Virus record (IMG/VR): IMGVR_UViG_3300028582_000252
Coordinates: 1-64,000 of that record
Strand: one strand, 5' to 3'
Origin: a virus
Taxonomy: Duplodnaviria; Caudoviricetes
Length of the DNA: 64,000 bases
In this document: piece by piece, positions 27,155 to 37,247 of the stretch
Position numbering within the stretch: position 1 is the stretch's first letter
Layout of the letters: each line of letters starts with the position of its first letter
Position numbers and translations under genes: made by a program
The notes under the pieces: generated by a model
Told to the model about the DNA's origin: nothing
The model's input: only the letters and a program-made list of their open reading frames with translations
Database searches by the model: none

Positions 27155-28999
27155 ATGAAATACTTAGAAACATATTTAAACAAAATTATTGAACGAGGAA
27201 ACAATGAACTCGCTACTTCCATAAATAGAACTGCCAATGACGTTGGTAATAGTCACATTAAGAACTTCTCGTTCATTAGTCATGAAATAGGATTGCTTTT
27301 CGGAAATATTCAATCTGGAAAAACTGGACAGATGTTTGGAATTCTGTGTAAAGCCGCAGATTATGGATTCTCAGCATTTGTAATACTTACCACAGATAAT
27401 ATTGTCCTGCAACAACAAACCCTTGACCGTGTGAAGAATGATCTTGACGGATTTTGTATTTGTGGAGAAAATGATTCTGGGTTATTTATTGAAAATCAAC
27501 TTCAAAAACCTGTTATAGTTGTACTTAAAAAGAATACTAGAATACTCAAGCTATGGGCCAATGTCTTTAACACAACTGGGTTTATGAAGGGCAATCCATT
27601 GTTTATTATTGATGATGAAGCCGATTCTGCTTCATTAAATACATTAATAAACAGAAAAAAGCAGTCTTCTATTAACATGCATTTGGACAGCATAAAAAAT
27701 GGAGCTTCCAGCAGTCTCTATTTGCAAGTAACCGGCACACCTCAGTCCATTTTTCTTCAAACACAAACATCCGGATGGCATCCGCTATTCACATACTATT
27801 TCCAGCCTGGAGTTGGTTATTTGGGGGGAGATTTTTTCTTTCCGAAAGTCGGTAAGCCTGACTGCATTTCATATATTGAAGAATTAAAGACCCCAGTAAG
27901 GGAAGTGGTCCTTCGCCATCTTCTTGTTTCAGCTCAATTACTATTATCTGGAGAAGATGTATCCAATTGTCTTATCCACCCAAGTTCACGCCAAGCTACA
28001 CACCAAAACTTCGCAAATAAAATCAACAATGAACTAACTTGGTGTTTAAATAATCTATCCGGTGAGTTTGAAACTGAATTAAAAAGAATATACGTTTCAC
28101 TTAACCCATCAAAAAATATTAAGCTGGACTTTGCAATGTTATTGGATTATGCAAAAAATATCATCAGCCACAAACAAGCAAAAATAATTATCATGAATGG
28201 GAAAAATAATGTTGATATCGACGAATATACTGAGGGATGCAACTTTATTGTTGGTGGTAATACTCTCGGAAGAGGAGTTACTTTTCCGAATTTGCAAACG
28301 ATATACTACACTCGCACATCAAAAAAACCCCAAGCAGATACTATGTGGCAACACAGTAGAATGTTTGGCTATGACCGTGATTCTGGCATGATAATGATAT
28401 TTATCGACGAACGCTTATATAAAATATTTACTGATATAAATGCAACAAATAATGCCATCATATCTCAAATTGAGCAGGGATTTGATGATGTAAAAATCTA
28501 TTACCCTGAAGGGCTGAATCCTACACGAAAAAATGTATTGGATTCTGACCATGTCGCAACGATTTCCGGAGGCACAAATTATTATCCATTTTATCCTGAG
28601 AATGACACTATAGAAGATATTTCCAAATTATTAAAACCATTTTCTGATGATGAGCCATATTATCAAGTGAGTCTTAGGATTATGAAAGAAATTCTTGGTC
28701 ACATTATACCAAGTCCAGATTTTAAGCTTGCATCATTTTCTGCCATTTTAGATACTCTGATAGCAGAAGCACCTGCAACACAAGGAATACTAATTGTTCG
28801 TAGGGAAAGAAATGTTGCTCAAGGAACTGGAGCATTACTATCACCAAATGATTGGCAACTCGGAGGTTCTTTCCCCAGAAAAGTTGTTCTAACTATGTAT
28901 CAAGTTACCGGGAAAAAAGGATGGGGAGAAAAGCCATTATGGGTTCCAAACATAAAATTACCGCAAGGTTCTATTTTCTATGATGTAATCTCAGATTAA
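27155..28999 (+). CDS. Z1-domain SF2 helicase-like subunit (NgoAVII/CglI N-type)
   Basis: GNIQSGKT, IDDEAD, VGGNTLGRGVT, ADTMWQHSRMFGY. Confidence 0.88.
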   Translation: MKYLETYLNKIIERGNNELATSINRTANDVGNSHIKNFSFISHEIGLLFGNIQSGKTGQMFGILCKAADYGFSAFVILTTDNIVLQQQTLDRVKNDLDGFCICGENDSGLFIENQLQKPVIVVLKKNTRILKLWANVFNTTGFMKGNPLFIIDDEADSASLNTLINRKKQSSINMHLDSIKNGASSSLYLQVTGTPQSIFLQTQTSGWHPLFTYYFQPGVGYLGGDFFFPKVGKPDCISYIEELKTPVREVVLRHLLVSAQLLLSGEDVSNCLIHPSSRQATHQNFANKINNELTWCLNNLSGEFETELKRIYVSLNPSKNIKLDFAMLLDYAKNIISHKQAKIIIMNGKNNVDIDEYTEGCNFIVGGNTLGRGVTFPNLQTIYYTRTSKKPQADTMWQHSRMFGYDRDSGMIMIFIDERLYKIFTDINATNNAIISQIEQGFDDVKIYYPEGLNPTRKNVLDSDHVATISGGTNYYPFYPENDTIEDISKLLKPFSDDEPYYQVSLRIMKEILGHIIPSPDFKLASFSAILDTLIAEAPATQGILIVRRERNVAQGTGALLSPNDWQLGGSFPRKVVLTMYQVTGKKGWGEKPLWVPNIKLPQGSIFYDVISD

Positions 29000-29035
29000 T
29001 ATTCTGTCAATGTTATATTTGTAGCCCAACTGAAT

Positions 29036-29071
29036 AGAGATGTCGCTCTCTTCAAGAGTAGACATCTCTCT
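29036..29071. terminator. Hairpin between the convergent Z1 and MTase genes
   Basis: AGAGATGTC..CTCT-loop-AGAG..GACATCTCT. Confidence 0.6.
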
Positions 29072-29072
29072 A

Positions 29073-30467
29073 TTATTCTTCAATATTATTATTAACTGAA
29101 TCATATGGTATTCTAGCAAACGTTTTCAGTATAGCTTCATAAATGATTTTTGCTCCTTCACATGGAACCGCCATTCCTATCTGTTTTCTTACCGATTCCT
29201 TACTTCCTTCAAAGATAAAATCATCAGGAAATGTTTGTAAGCGAGCACGTTCTCTATTTGTTAGTGCACGAGGTTCACTCCAATGATAAATATGTGTTCC
29301 TCCACCTCCACTACCTGTAACGGTATAAGCAGGTTTTTCTGGATCGAGGCGCTTATATATTTGACTAATTTTAGCTCCTTTAATATTAAGCTGCAATTCT
29401 TCTGGAAGATCCGACGTAAAAGCGTTTTGACCAGGTTTGATATAACCCAGTCTCTTAATAACCTGTTCACTCTGCCTAGTTCTCTCATTATTAGTAGCGG
29501 TAGCTGGAATAGGGGGATTTTCAATCGCAGTCTTGCAAGTATTGTCTATATTTTTATAAGGTTCTGGACTCGGGATTTTAAATTCAAATGGCATATCATT
29601 TCGTATTCCAACAATAATAACTCTGTGCCGTGCTTGCGGAATACCGTACTCCTCGAATTTATATAAATTAGGGTAAAGTCTGTATCCACTTGCTATCATG
29701 TCATTCTTTATTTTTATAAAAGCTTTACCATCATTCGCACTTTGAAGTCCACCAACATTCTCTGCAAGGAACCAAAGCGGTTGATATTGCTTCAACACCT
29801 TGATTCCGTATGAATATAATGGGCCAAAGGTACCATCGAAACCTTTTTGTTCGCCTACAACTGAGAAATCATTGCATGGAAAGCCAAAAGAGAAAGCATC
29901 AATTGCCCCAAGTTTTTTTATATCAAGCGTATGAACGTCTTCACAATATACACTATCAATATCATCTGGACAAATATTTCTCCGATATGTATTACACGTT
30001 TCTTCATCAAAATCATTAGCCCACGCATGAACAATACGATACTCAGGGCTACTAATATGTGCGTGTAGTGCACCCCATGCAAGTCCACCTGGTCCACAAA
30101 ATAACTCACCCATGCGAAACTCGGTCTTTTCGGAAAGCTTTTTTGCATTTTTTGCAACTTGTGCATCAATTACATTTTGCACCACTTCAATATCTTCCAC
30201 ACTGAGCCTATCTAAACCTTTAATCCTTAATATAGGGTTAATATCATTATCGTCGATATACCCGGCTTGAAGCAGTAGCTCAAATGGATGGAAATTCAAA
30301 GTATGAGCTATCTTACACAAAGTAATCCAATTAGGGTTTTTCCTTTTCCCGGACTCGATCATTAATATTTCGCTATCGCTAACGCCACATGCATGTCCCA
30401 GTTTTTTTAAAGAAATTCCTAACGATTCTCTTCTATCTTTTATATATGATCCAACAGAATTATTCAC
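29073..30467 (-). CDS. XRE-HTH fused C5-cytosine methyltransferase (cognate MTase of the NgoFVII-type system)
   Basis: N-terminal HTH (IESGKRKNP); ELFCGPGG, GFPCND, AENV, PQARHR, RERARLQTFPD, QIGMAV. Confidence 0.9.
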   Translation of the reverse strand: MNNSVGSYIKDRRESLGISLKKLGHACGVSDSEILMIESGKRKNPNWITLCKIAHTLNFHPFELLLQAGYIDDNDINPILRIKGLDRLSVEDIEVVQNVIDAQVAKNAKKLSEKTEFRMGELFCGPGGLAWGALHAHISSPEYRIVHAWANDFDEETCNTYRRNICPDDIDSVYCEDVHTLDIKKLGAIDAFSFGFPCNDFSVVGEQKGFDGTFGPLYSYGIKVLKQYQPLWFLAENVGGLQSANDGKAFIKIKNDMIASGYRLYPNLYKFEEYGIPQARHRVIIVGIRNDMPFEFKIPSPEPYKNIDNTCKTAIENPPIPATATNNERTRQSEQVIKRLGYIKPGQNAFTSDLPEELQLNIKGAKISQIYKRLDPEKPAYTVTGSGGGGTHIYHWSEPRALTNRERARLQTFPDDFIFEGSKESVRKQIGMAVPCEGAKIIYEAILKTFARIPYDSVNNNIEE

Positions 30468-30486
30468 TTAAATCACCTCGCTTTGA

Positions 30487-30548
30487 AGTATAATCCACGC
30501 GCTGCTTTTTGTCAATTACAACCATAAATTTGCTGCTAAAAAGCAGCG
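30487..30548 (-). promoter_or_regulatory. Sigma-A promoter of the HTH-MTase with overlapping inverted repeat
   Basis: TTGACA (30510-30515)-17 bp-TATACT (30487-30492); 11-bp IR CGCTGCTTTTT (30500-30510) / AAAAAGCAGCG (30538-30548). Confidence 0.75.
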
Positions 30549-30579
30549 TGACTTTAAATACACGTCAATGTTCATAAAT

Positions 30580-30607
30580 AGAAAAGGAGACTTAAAAAGT
30601 CTCCCCC
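30580..30607 (-). terminator. Intrinsic terminator after the GmrSD-like gene
   Basis: GGAGACTT-loop-AAGTCTCC followed by TTTT on the minus strand. Confidence 0.7.
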
Positions 30608-30629
30608 GTATACTAATATTTTTTTCTTT

Positions 30630-32810
30630 CTATACGATTCCTTGTGCAATGTCTAAATAGAGTTGCATCACATCTGATTTATGCGCATCGCCTTTCTGGC
30701 TCGCTTCATACCATTGCGAAAATACAAAATATTCTTTTTCTCCAATAATAACTGTATTTTTTCTCCAGTATCTTTCTTTAACTTTTTTTTCAAATGCCAA
30801 TTCAGTTGGAACGATTATGCCCAAATTACGATGAATATATTTCTTACATTCTTCAGCTGAACATAAAATTTCTATTTGTTTATCACTAAATTTATATCTC
30901 CCATTAAACAACTCATAGAGAGCCTTTTTTGCATACTTAATTGCACCTAAGTCTATTTCAGGCAAATGCGGTAACATGGTGTTAGGATGAGTATTATAGA
31001 ACTCCATTAATAATTTCTGCAATTCTTGTTGTCTATTTAACTCTTTTGTTACTGCATTATTGCTAGTAGATTTGTTTCCTTTTACGACTTCATGTGACAT
31101 TTTTTTAGCAGTTATGTCACTATCCGTTAAATCCCACCCCTGCTTAAATGCTTCCATTATGCGAAGTTGCCGTTTTCGTACTGTTTCTGGCGTCCACTTA
31201 TTTTCGTTAAGAACTTCAACAGTTAACGCATAAGTAGTAACTCCAGCTTTACTTGAAAAATACTTTTCTTTCTTTTTATCGAAATCATAATTTTGCGCTT
31301 GAGAGTTTTTCTTTTTTGTTAGTGGAACAAGATTTGCGATTTTATGCAACCAAGCTTCCCTTTCCTCTGAATCAGGCCAATCAACAAACCATTGACTACC
31401 ATGTTGTGGATTTTGAGGAAGCACATGCTCAATGCTAAAAATTTTGCTCTTATACTCAGCTGCATTATCACTTTCAAACTGATCCAAACGTAGTACAACA
31501 TATGTACGCTTTCTGGCAGGTAATAAATAAATATCCCCATTCAGTGCTTCTAAAAACTCATGTTGTTCTGCCTGACTAAGCTCTAACGTTTCAAGTGCAC
31601 CCATAATGTCTTTTTCATCAATTTTATGGATAGCCTTAGAATATCGTTCTATTCGTTGATTCGATGTTTTCGAAGTTATATACATATAAGACGCCAGCCT
31701 CTCCACCAACGTAATAAAATTGCTTATTACTTCTGCGTTGTTTGAAAATAATGACAATACCAACATACATACCGGAATCCAGTCAGAATCATCGATTCTA
31801 TTCAGCCACATCAATAATTCATTTACCTCATCTGCCCCTTGAGATGCTTGATATTGACACTGAAGAATGGCTTTGTATGATTCCGCGTAAGGTTCAATTA
31901 CTTTAATAATAACATCCTCATTACTAATTCCCAGGTTCAGTGTGTATTTTTCAAATTCTTCGACTAAAGGTGCATGGAGTTTAGTTCCTGCATATCGCAT
32001 TCTAATATGACTAATGAGGGCATTAAAGGACTCCCTGCCTAGTTCGACTTCTATATCTTCCCATTTATTAGTAAAAAAATCACGTTTACTTGTTGATATT
32101 CCTCCAATAATATGAGCTTTTATAATGTCAGATGGTAGCAAACTCAACCCCCTGTTATTTAATACAGAGAATACTCGGAACGCAGACTCACTATCTGCAG
32201 TTGATACAACAACAAAAAGACAATGCTTAAATATTGATGTAATAAAGGAGTCAACTTCTTTACTGTCATCCCCAAACAGTTCATCCGCACAATTACATAT
32301 CAGTTTCATATTATTCTGCATCAACCTTTGCGCGTCATCATCTAGGTGAACTGGATCGATTTGCATTAATTCTTTCATTCCATCATGGGCAATATTATTC
32401 TCAAAAAAAGCTCTATCTCTCTCCCTTAAATTTAATCTTGGACTTCCTGGAATAGACATATGAGCAATTCCATCTTGCCAAAGGCATTTTTCAATATCTG
32501 ATTTCAATGCTCCGCTTTTATTTCTCAAAACAGACAGGATCATTGATAGTGTAGTCAATCGTTGCTGCCCATCAATAACTTCAGCTTCAGGACTTTCTGC
32601 AGAATAAACAAGAACAATGCTTCCGGTAAAGTATGTATCTGCCACATTTTCTTCACCACTTTTCCAAAAATTAATCAAGTCATCCCATAATGTTAATGCT
32701 TCATTTTCAGTCCACGAATATGGTCGCTGATAATCGGGTACGTTAAAAATGAATTTCCCGCTAAGAAGCTCAAATAAATTATATTCTTTTGCATTCAATT
32801 GATTTGGCAT
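30630..32810 (-). CDS. GmrSD-family (DUF262 + DUF1524) restriction protein with an extra C-terminal domain
   Basis: VPDYQRPYSW, IDGQQRLTT, F..LNNRG, IEHVLPQ, H.IANL..L...N. Confidence 0.9.
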   Translation of the reverse strand: MPNQLNAKEYNLFELLSGKFIFNVPDYQRPYSWTENEALTLWDDLINFWKSGEENVADTYFTGSIVLVYSAESPEAEVIDGQQRLTTLSMILSVLRNKSGALKSDIEKCLWQDGIAHMSIPGSPRLNLRERDRAFFENNIAHDGMKELMQIDPVHLDDDAQRLMQNNMKLICNCADELFGDDSKEVDSFITSIFKHCLFVVVSTADSESAFRVFSVLNNRGLSLLPSDIIKAHIIGGISTSKRDFFTNKWEDIEVELGRESFNALISHIRMRYAGTKLHAPLVEEFEKYTLNLGISNEDVIIKVIEPYAESYKAILQCQYQASQGADEVNELLMWLNRIDDSDWIPVCMLVLSLFSNNAEVISNFITLVERLASYMYITSKTSNQRIERYSKAIHKIDEKDIMGALETLELSQAEQHEFLEALNGDIYLLPARKRTYVVLRLDQFESDNAAEYKSKIFSIEHVLPQNPQHGSQWFVDWPDSEEREAWLHKIANLVPLTKKKNSQAQNYDFDKKKEKYFSSKAGVTTYALTVEVLNENKWTPETVRKRQLRIMEAFKQGWDLTDSDITAKKMSHEVVKGNKSTSNNAVTKELNRQQELQKLLMEFYNTHPNTMLPHLPEIDLGAIKYAKKALYELFNGRYKFSDKQIEILCSAEECKKYIHRNLGIIVPTELAFEKKVKERYWRKNTVIIGEKEYFVFSQWYEASQKGDAHKSDVMQLYLDIAQGIV

Positions 32811-33050
32811 AGATTTTCACACTCCATATTATCTATTATATCATATTAATGTTTTATGAGCGCATTATTAAAATAATTGCATAACGCTACAATTGGCATG
32901 CCTGTGGTAATTATGCCTGTAGTATATAAAGTAAAACCCTACAGCCGACCCACATATTCAATAAAAACGTATCCGTAACTGCAAAATGTCTGCCGTTGAT
33001 AATTTGCCTAAGAATAGCTGAAAGCATGTCCGAAGCGTAGACGTACGGTC

Positions 33051-33158
33051 TCAACGCCTCCTGCCCTATAACAATCTTGTCAACACAACCCTACCTCATA
33101 ACAATCCCGTCAACACAACCCTATCCCTTTAATAAGGCTGTCAACTCAACCTGCCCTT
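33051..33158. repeat. Imperfect ~30-bp tandem repeats near the att site
   Basis: Units 33061-33090, 33091-33120 and 33121-33151 end in GTCAAC(A/T)CAACC; TCAAC recurs at 33051, 33080, 33110 and 33141. Confidence 0.8.
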
Positions 33159-33267
33159 ATGGATCAGTTCCCGCTAACTCGATTTGACTAAAAAATAAGG
33201 CTTCCCGCAGGTGAAGCATATTCCATCACTAACGAAAAAGCCTTATTTACTGGGCTTTCAGCCCTTC

Positions 33268-33309
33268 TTATTTATCATTTCTTGACATCAATGCTATCGT
33301 CTCGACGTG
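33268..33309 (-). other. Orphan rlmD/rumA-like 3' end; inferred att junction between elements A and B
   Basis: Minus strand CACGTCGAGACGATAGCATTGATGTCAAGAAATGATAAATAA = HVETIALMSRNDK*. Confidence 0.8.
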
Positions 33310-33625
33310 GCACGGCACGACCGTATGAATACCTATATTTGCAAGTGTGTAAAAGGCTGTCCCGAACATAGAAACATTGGTATCCCGTCCAACAATAGGA
33401 ACATATTATATTAATCATTCTAACAATTATGTGATGTAAAATTTCCGCTCTATAGTCTTCGTTTCCGAATTCCATCTTTAATTTTAAAGATTCCAAATTC
33501 ATTTCTGCTGGTTTGTCCTCATTTGTAACTCTGTTGTAAAATTAGAAAACTTACCCAGCACTGCTGAACTTCTAAACCACTAATCGCCCTTTTCAAGATT
33601 ACAGAGGCAACCATTGCGGTAAAAA

Positions 33626-35260
33626 TTATATACTTGATGTGCTATATATGTAGCATTCCTCATTACTCGTCGCCTCCCACAGTTCATTTAACTGAGAAAT
33701 GACAGCCTGCGGAGCATTAACAATTTGCATTATTGAATGCTTATTTCCGATTGAATTGATTGATGCCCCAAGCGACCATACACGTTCCTTGTTTATTTCA
33801 TACTTCATAATAATATATCTATCATGGAATGAATGTCCATTGCGAACGGTACGGTAGTCTATTAGAATGTCCGTATCATCACTTAATGCGAGCACCATAT
33901 CGGTTCGTTCTTTCTTTTTAAATTCCTCGAATCCATTGTCATCTTCGGCGTCATTTGTGTATTTGTTCCCGTGAATAGCAGAATAATCACATAGGGCTTT
34001 GATTGTAATACCTTTCACTCTGCATTGAAAAGCAGTCTTTGCTAAGTCGGCAGTGCGAAGATACGGATCAATGACCCATATTTCTTGTAGATCCCAAGGA
34101 AGATTGTTGCTCAATATTTCAACAATGTCGTGAAGTGCCGTCTCATGCTCATCGCAAGAATATGACTTGAGATACCCCTGTTTATTGTACCAATCGTCAT
34201 CCAAAGCCAACCTCCGATTTGATGTCATTTCAGCTTCTTCAAAGAAATAGATTGAACCGGCCATTTTTACATTAGGAAGTTCTATATGAACTTCTTTACC
34301 ATCAATGTGTATTATTCTTTTATCTGGAATTTGTGCGATGATAGTCGGTGGGGTTATCTGGGAAAAGTAGTTGCTATAAACTGAGTAATCAAAACATCCA
34401 TAATAAAGGGTTAACTGTGTATATGTATCTACAACGGAAATTGTCGTTTTATACTGATTGGGATTCACGCTAACTGCTTGGCAATCAAAATCCTTCTCAA
34501 CGTCGTTAGTATATATCAATCCATCGTGGGTTTGTATTACTGTAAGGCAATAACGATTATGTTCAAAATCTCTTTTAAGAGAGAACTCCAATTCTATCCC
34601 ATAAAGTCCTAATTTTATTGGTTTCACAGAGAATACCTCTATAGGCATCTTTATGATTACATTGCCAATTCTGTCATGCATTTTATCCAAATGATAATGC
34701 AATCCACATTTTTTCATTTCTTGTTGAATTTTTTGTATTGACAAAGATGACAGTATTTTATTAAGTACCGTTTTTCGACTGAATAGTTCAAAGACATAGT
34801 AATTTCCGGTGAAATTTGAGCCATAAATACCATACTCCAGAGGTACAAACACATTATACTGCCCACCAGTTGGATTGCTTTCTGGCACATATTTTATATC
34901 TGATGGGAAAAAATCATCTATTACTACATTCTCTCCGTTGAACTTCCACAAACCAGTAGATTCCGTGTCACCAATCAATTTGAGAAGTTCCTCAATAGAA
35001 ATTATATACCTGCTTATTGCTAGTTTCCAAGCACTACTTTTATCTCTAGAAATAGTTATTGGCACTTCAGTAATAAAATGAAATGGTGCAGGTTTCTTAA
35101 ACTTCGAAGAACATTCTACATTTGTAAAAAAGTTAATCGCTTTGCATTCTGAAAACAATACTATTTGAGTAACTTCGCAAAAACGATATTCTCCTAAATT
35201 ATCATTACATAGATATTTCCCTAATATTTCTTGTGTCTCCTTCATATTAACCCATCCCAT
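33626..35260 (-). CDS. VPA1262-like protein with a C-terminal PLD-like domain (AT-rich cargo)
   Basis: WVIDPYL, FHDRYII, WSLGASINSIG; family assignment from memory of motifs. Confidence 0.6.
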   Translation of the reverse strand: MGWVNMKETQEILGKYLCNDNLGEYRFCEVTQIVLFSECKAINFFTNVECSSKFKKPAPFHFITEVPITISRDKSSAWKLAISRYIISIEELLKLIGDTESTGLWKFNGENVVIDDFFPSDIKYVPESNPTGGQYNVFVPLEYGIYGSNFTGNYYVFELFSRKTVLNKILSSLSIQKIQQEMKKCGLHYHLDKMHDRIGNVIIKMPIEVFSVKPIKLGLYGIELEFSLKRDFEHNRYCLTVIQTHDGLIYTNDVEKDFDCQAVSVNPNQYKTTISVVDTYTQLTLYYGCFDYSVYSNYFSQITPPTIIAQIPDKRIIHIDGKEVHIELPNVKMAGSIYFFEEAEMTSNRRLALDDDWYNKQGYLKSYSCDEHETALHDIVEILSNNLPWDLQEIWVIDPYLRTADLAKTAFQCRVKGITIKALCDYSAIHGNKYTNDAEDDNGFEEFKKKERTDMVLALSDDTDILIDYRTVRNGHSFHDRYIIMKYEINKERVWSLGASINSIGNKHSIMQIVNAPQAVISQLNELWEATSNEECYIYSTSSI

Positions 35261-35617
35261 CTAGCCAGCTTATCTTTTCCGCCGTTTTATGCGTATAGTT
35301 TCCAATGGCTTATTCATCATACTGTTAAGTTAACATATACTTTTAACCGCTACCACATGTGCAGAGGTCATTACACCCTATTTTCTTTAGCTTGTTTATT
35401 TGTTGATGAGCCATAACTGGAATCTTAACATCGTGAATAAGCAATAATTTTCTTATTCAATATATAGCATATCGAAATTTCCAAACGCATTTTGAATTTT
35501 TTTAATTATACCATAGATGACATAATACGTGCATTCAAAAAAATATCAAACAAACTAGGAAAGCAAAACGCCCTGCGATGTGCAAGGCGTCAGCTAAATT
35601 ATCAATCTGTCAATATG

Positions 35618-36028
35618 TTACTTGGCAGCGCGGAACAGACTCTCCTCCGCCTCACTCATGTCATAGTACATGATCTTATTCTCGGTATCGAGGAATCCCG
35701 TGATCTTATATCTTTTCTCCTCATCGTAATCCGGTATCATCCTGGTAAGGACTGCATGCATGTTCTTATTGTTGCAGCTTACCGTACTGTTCTGCTCACC
35801 TCTTGATTTTGAAAAAGATGTAGCCTTGACTTCGTTGCCTTTGCACGGCTTGATTGCAAACACATGATTTTCAGCATCAATGCAGTACTGTACATTCTGC
35901 GGATAATTAAGGTCCTCTAGTACACGCTTGGTGAATGTCACCCCATTCTTGTTGACGAAGATGTCAGGAGACGCATTCGTGTTGATATCGATAACTTCCA
36001 GATTTACATTAGCAAAATTAATAGCCAT
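35618..36028 (-). CDS. Small conserved recombinase-associated protein
   Basis: Coupled to 36030-37247; LEVIDI..GVTF.K..LE.L.YP. Confidence 0.7.
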   Translation of the reverse strand: MAINFANVNLEVIDINTNASPDIFVNKNGVTFTKRVLEDLNYPQNVQYCIDAENHVFAIKPCKGNEVKATSFSKSRGEQNSTVSCNNKNMHAVLTRMIPDYDEEKRYKITGFLDTENKIMYYDMSEAEESLFRAAK

Positions 36029-36029
36029 T

Positions 36030-37247
36030 TTAATTCCTTTCTGTGCCGTCTGTATCATCATCGGCACTTTCCATCAGTTCTAAAAATTTACTTCGTTCAT
36101 CACTGTTCCAGGACAGATCCATGAGCAGAAACCCGCGCAGGACTCCTGATTTTACCCTGGTAACAGTGAATTTCTTTTCCATAGCGGCAGGTCTTCCGGC
36201 ACTACGCCATTTCTTCTGTATGAGCAGCTTCTGGGCGGATTCCCATTTCAGTCGTTCGATTATAGCGGGATGGTCATTCTCCCAGTGCCACTGAGGCAGT
36301 ATGTCTTTGTTCTTTACTGCCTTGTGACTTAGATAATCCTTAGTGAAAGTTTTCTGATACAGCACATCACCGCAATATTTCTCATTCGATAAGATATTGC
36401 GTATGGTAGCTGCGCCCCAGCATTCCTTTCCTTTTGGTGAATGTATCCCCTGTTCAGTCAGTGATTCAGCGATAGATTTCGGTGATGCACCGTCAAGGAA
36501 ACTGTCATAGATATAATGTACTATTTCAGCTTCAGCAGGCTCAATCTTCACTCTCCCGGCATAATCACGGTAGTATCCTATCGTATTTCCAACTGAAAAT
36601 TTGTAAAGGCCTTCCTGCATTCTGTAACGGATACCCTCTTTTATCGCTATGCTTTTCTGCTGGCTTTCAAGTTCTGCGAGTGCAGAAAGAATGGATATGA
36701 TGAGCTTGTTGTTGGCATCGCTCGTATTTATCCCTTCAGATTCAAAATTTACAGCAACGGGTTCTTTGAGATCACCGAGTTCACGAAGGACTGTAAGTAT
36801 ATCAACGATATTTCTACCGAAACGGCTGATACTCTTTGTGAGTATCAGATCCATCTTTCCATCCTTCGCATCCCCCAGCATTTCCTGGAATCCTTTGCGT
36901 TTTTCAACAGAAGTTCCAGAGATCCCCTCGTCCGTATATATCTTGACCAGTTCATATTGGGGATTTCCTTCAATCACTGACTTGAAATGCTGCACCTGCA
37001 TCTCAAAACTGCCCGCCTGGGCTTCTTCGGCAGTGCTGACTCTGCAGTATGCCGCCACCCTTACCTTTGGTGCATCCATGAATGCGTATGGCTTATGCTC
37101 CGGCATTATGACTCTGCCTTTGCGTTCACCGCGGCGATTCTTGGCTATGGTTTCGCGGATCCTGCTCTTCTCCGCTTCGTTCTTGTTTTCCCTCGTCAGT
37201 TTCCTGCGGGCTTCTTCGATCTTTTTAGCGTCTAATTTCCTTGCCAT
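36030..37247 (-). CDS. Serine recombinase (resolvase + recombinase domains, short C-terminus)
   Basis: [40 protein letters not shown]. Confidence 0.9.
   Translation of the reverse strand: MARKLDAKKIEEARRKLTRENKNEAEKSRIRETIAKNRRGERKGRVIMPEHKPYAFMDAPKVRVAAYCRVSTAEEAQAGSFEMQVQHFKSVIEGNPQYELVKIYTDEGISGTSVEKRKGFQEMLGDAKDGKMDLILTKSISRFGRNIVDILTVLRELGDLKEPVAVNFESEGINTSDANNKLIISILSALAELESQQKSIAIKEGIRYRMQEGLYKFSVGNTIGYYRDYAGRVKIEPAEAEIVHYIYDSFLDGASPKSIAESLTEQGIHSPKGKECWGAATIRNILSNEKYCGDVLYQKTFTKDYLSHKAVKNKDILPQWHWENDHPAIIERLKWESAQKLLIQKKWRSAGRPAAMEKKFTVTRVKSGVLRGFLLMDLSWNSDERSKFLELMESADDDTDGTERN

Larger units (their letters stand above)
3411..33309 (-). mobile_element. Element B: defective prophage carrying a defence island (~30 kb)
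   Basis: Bounded by two rlmD-like 3' ends. Has phage replication, packaging and methylase genes paralogous to 58008-64000, but no portal, capsid, tail, lysis or intact recombinase. Confidence 0.8.

Noticed and set aside
33051-33158. Possible mini-CRISPR array
   Set aside because: The period is only ~30 bp, the intervening parts resemble each other, and there are no cas genes.
33275-33502. 75-aa ORF as an intact gene
   Set aside because: It runs across the att junction and has no clear RBS; probably a remnant.
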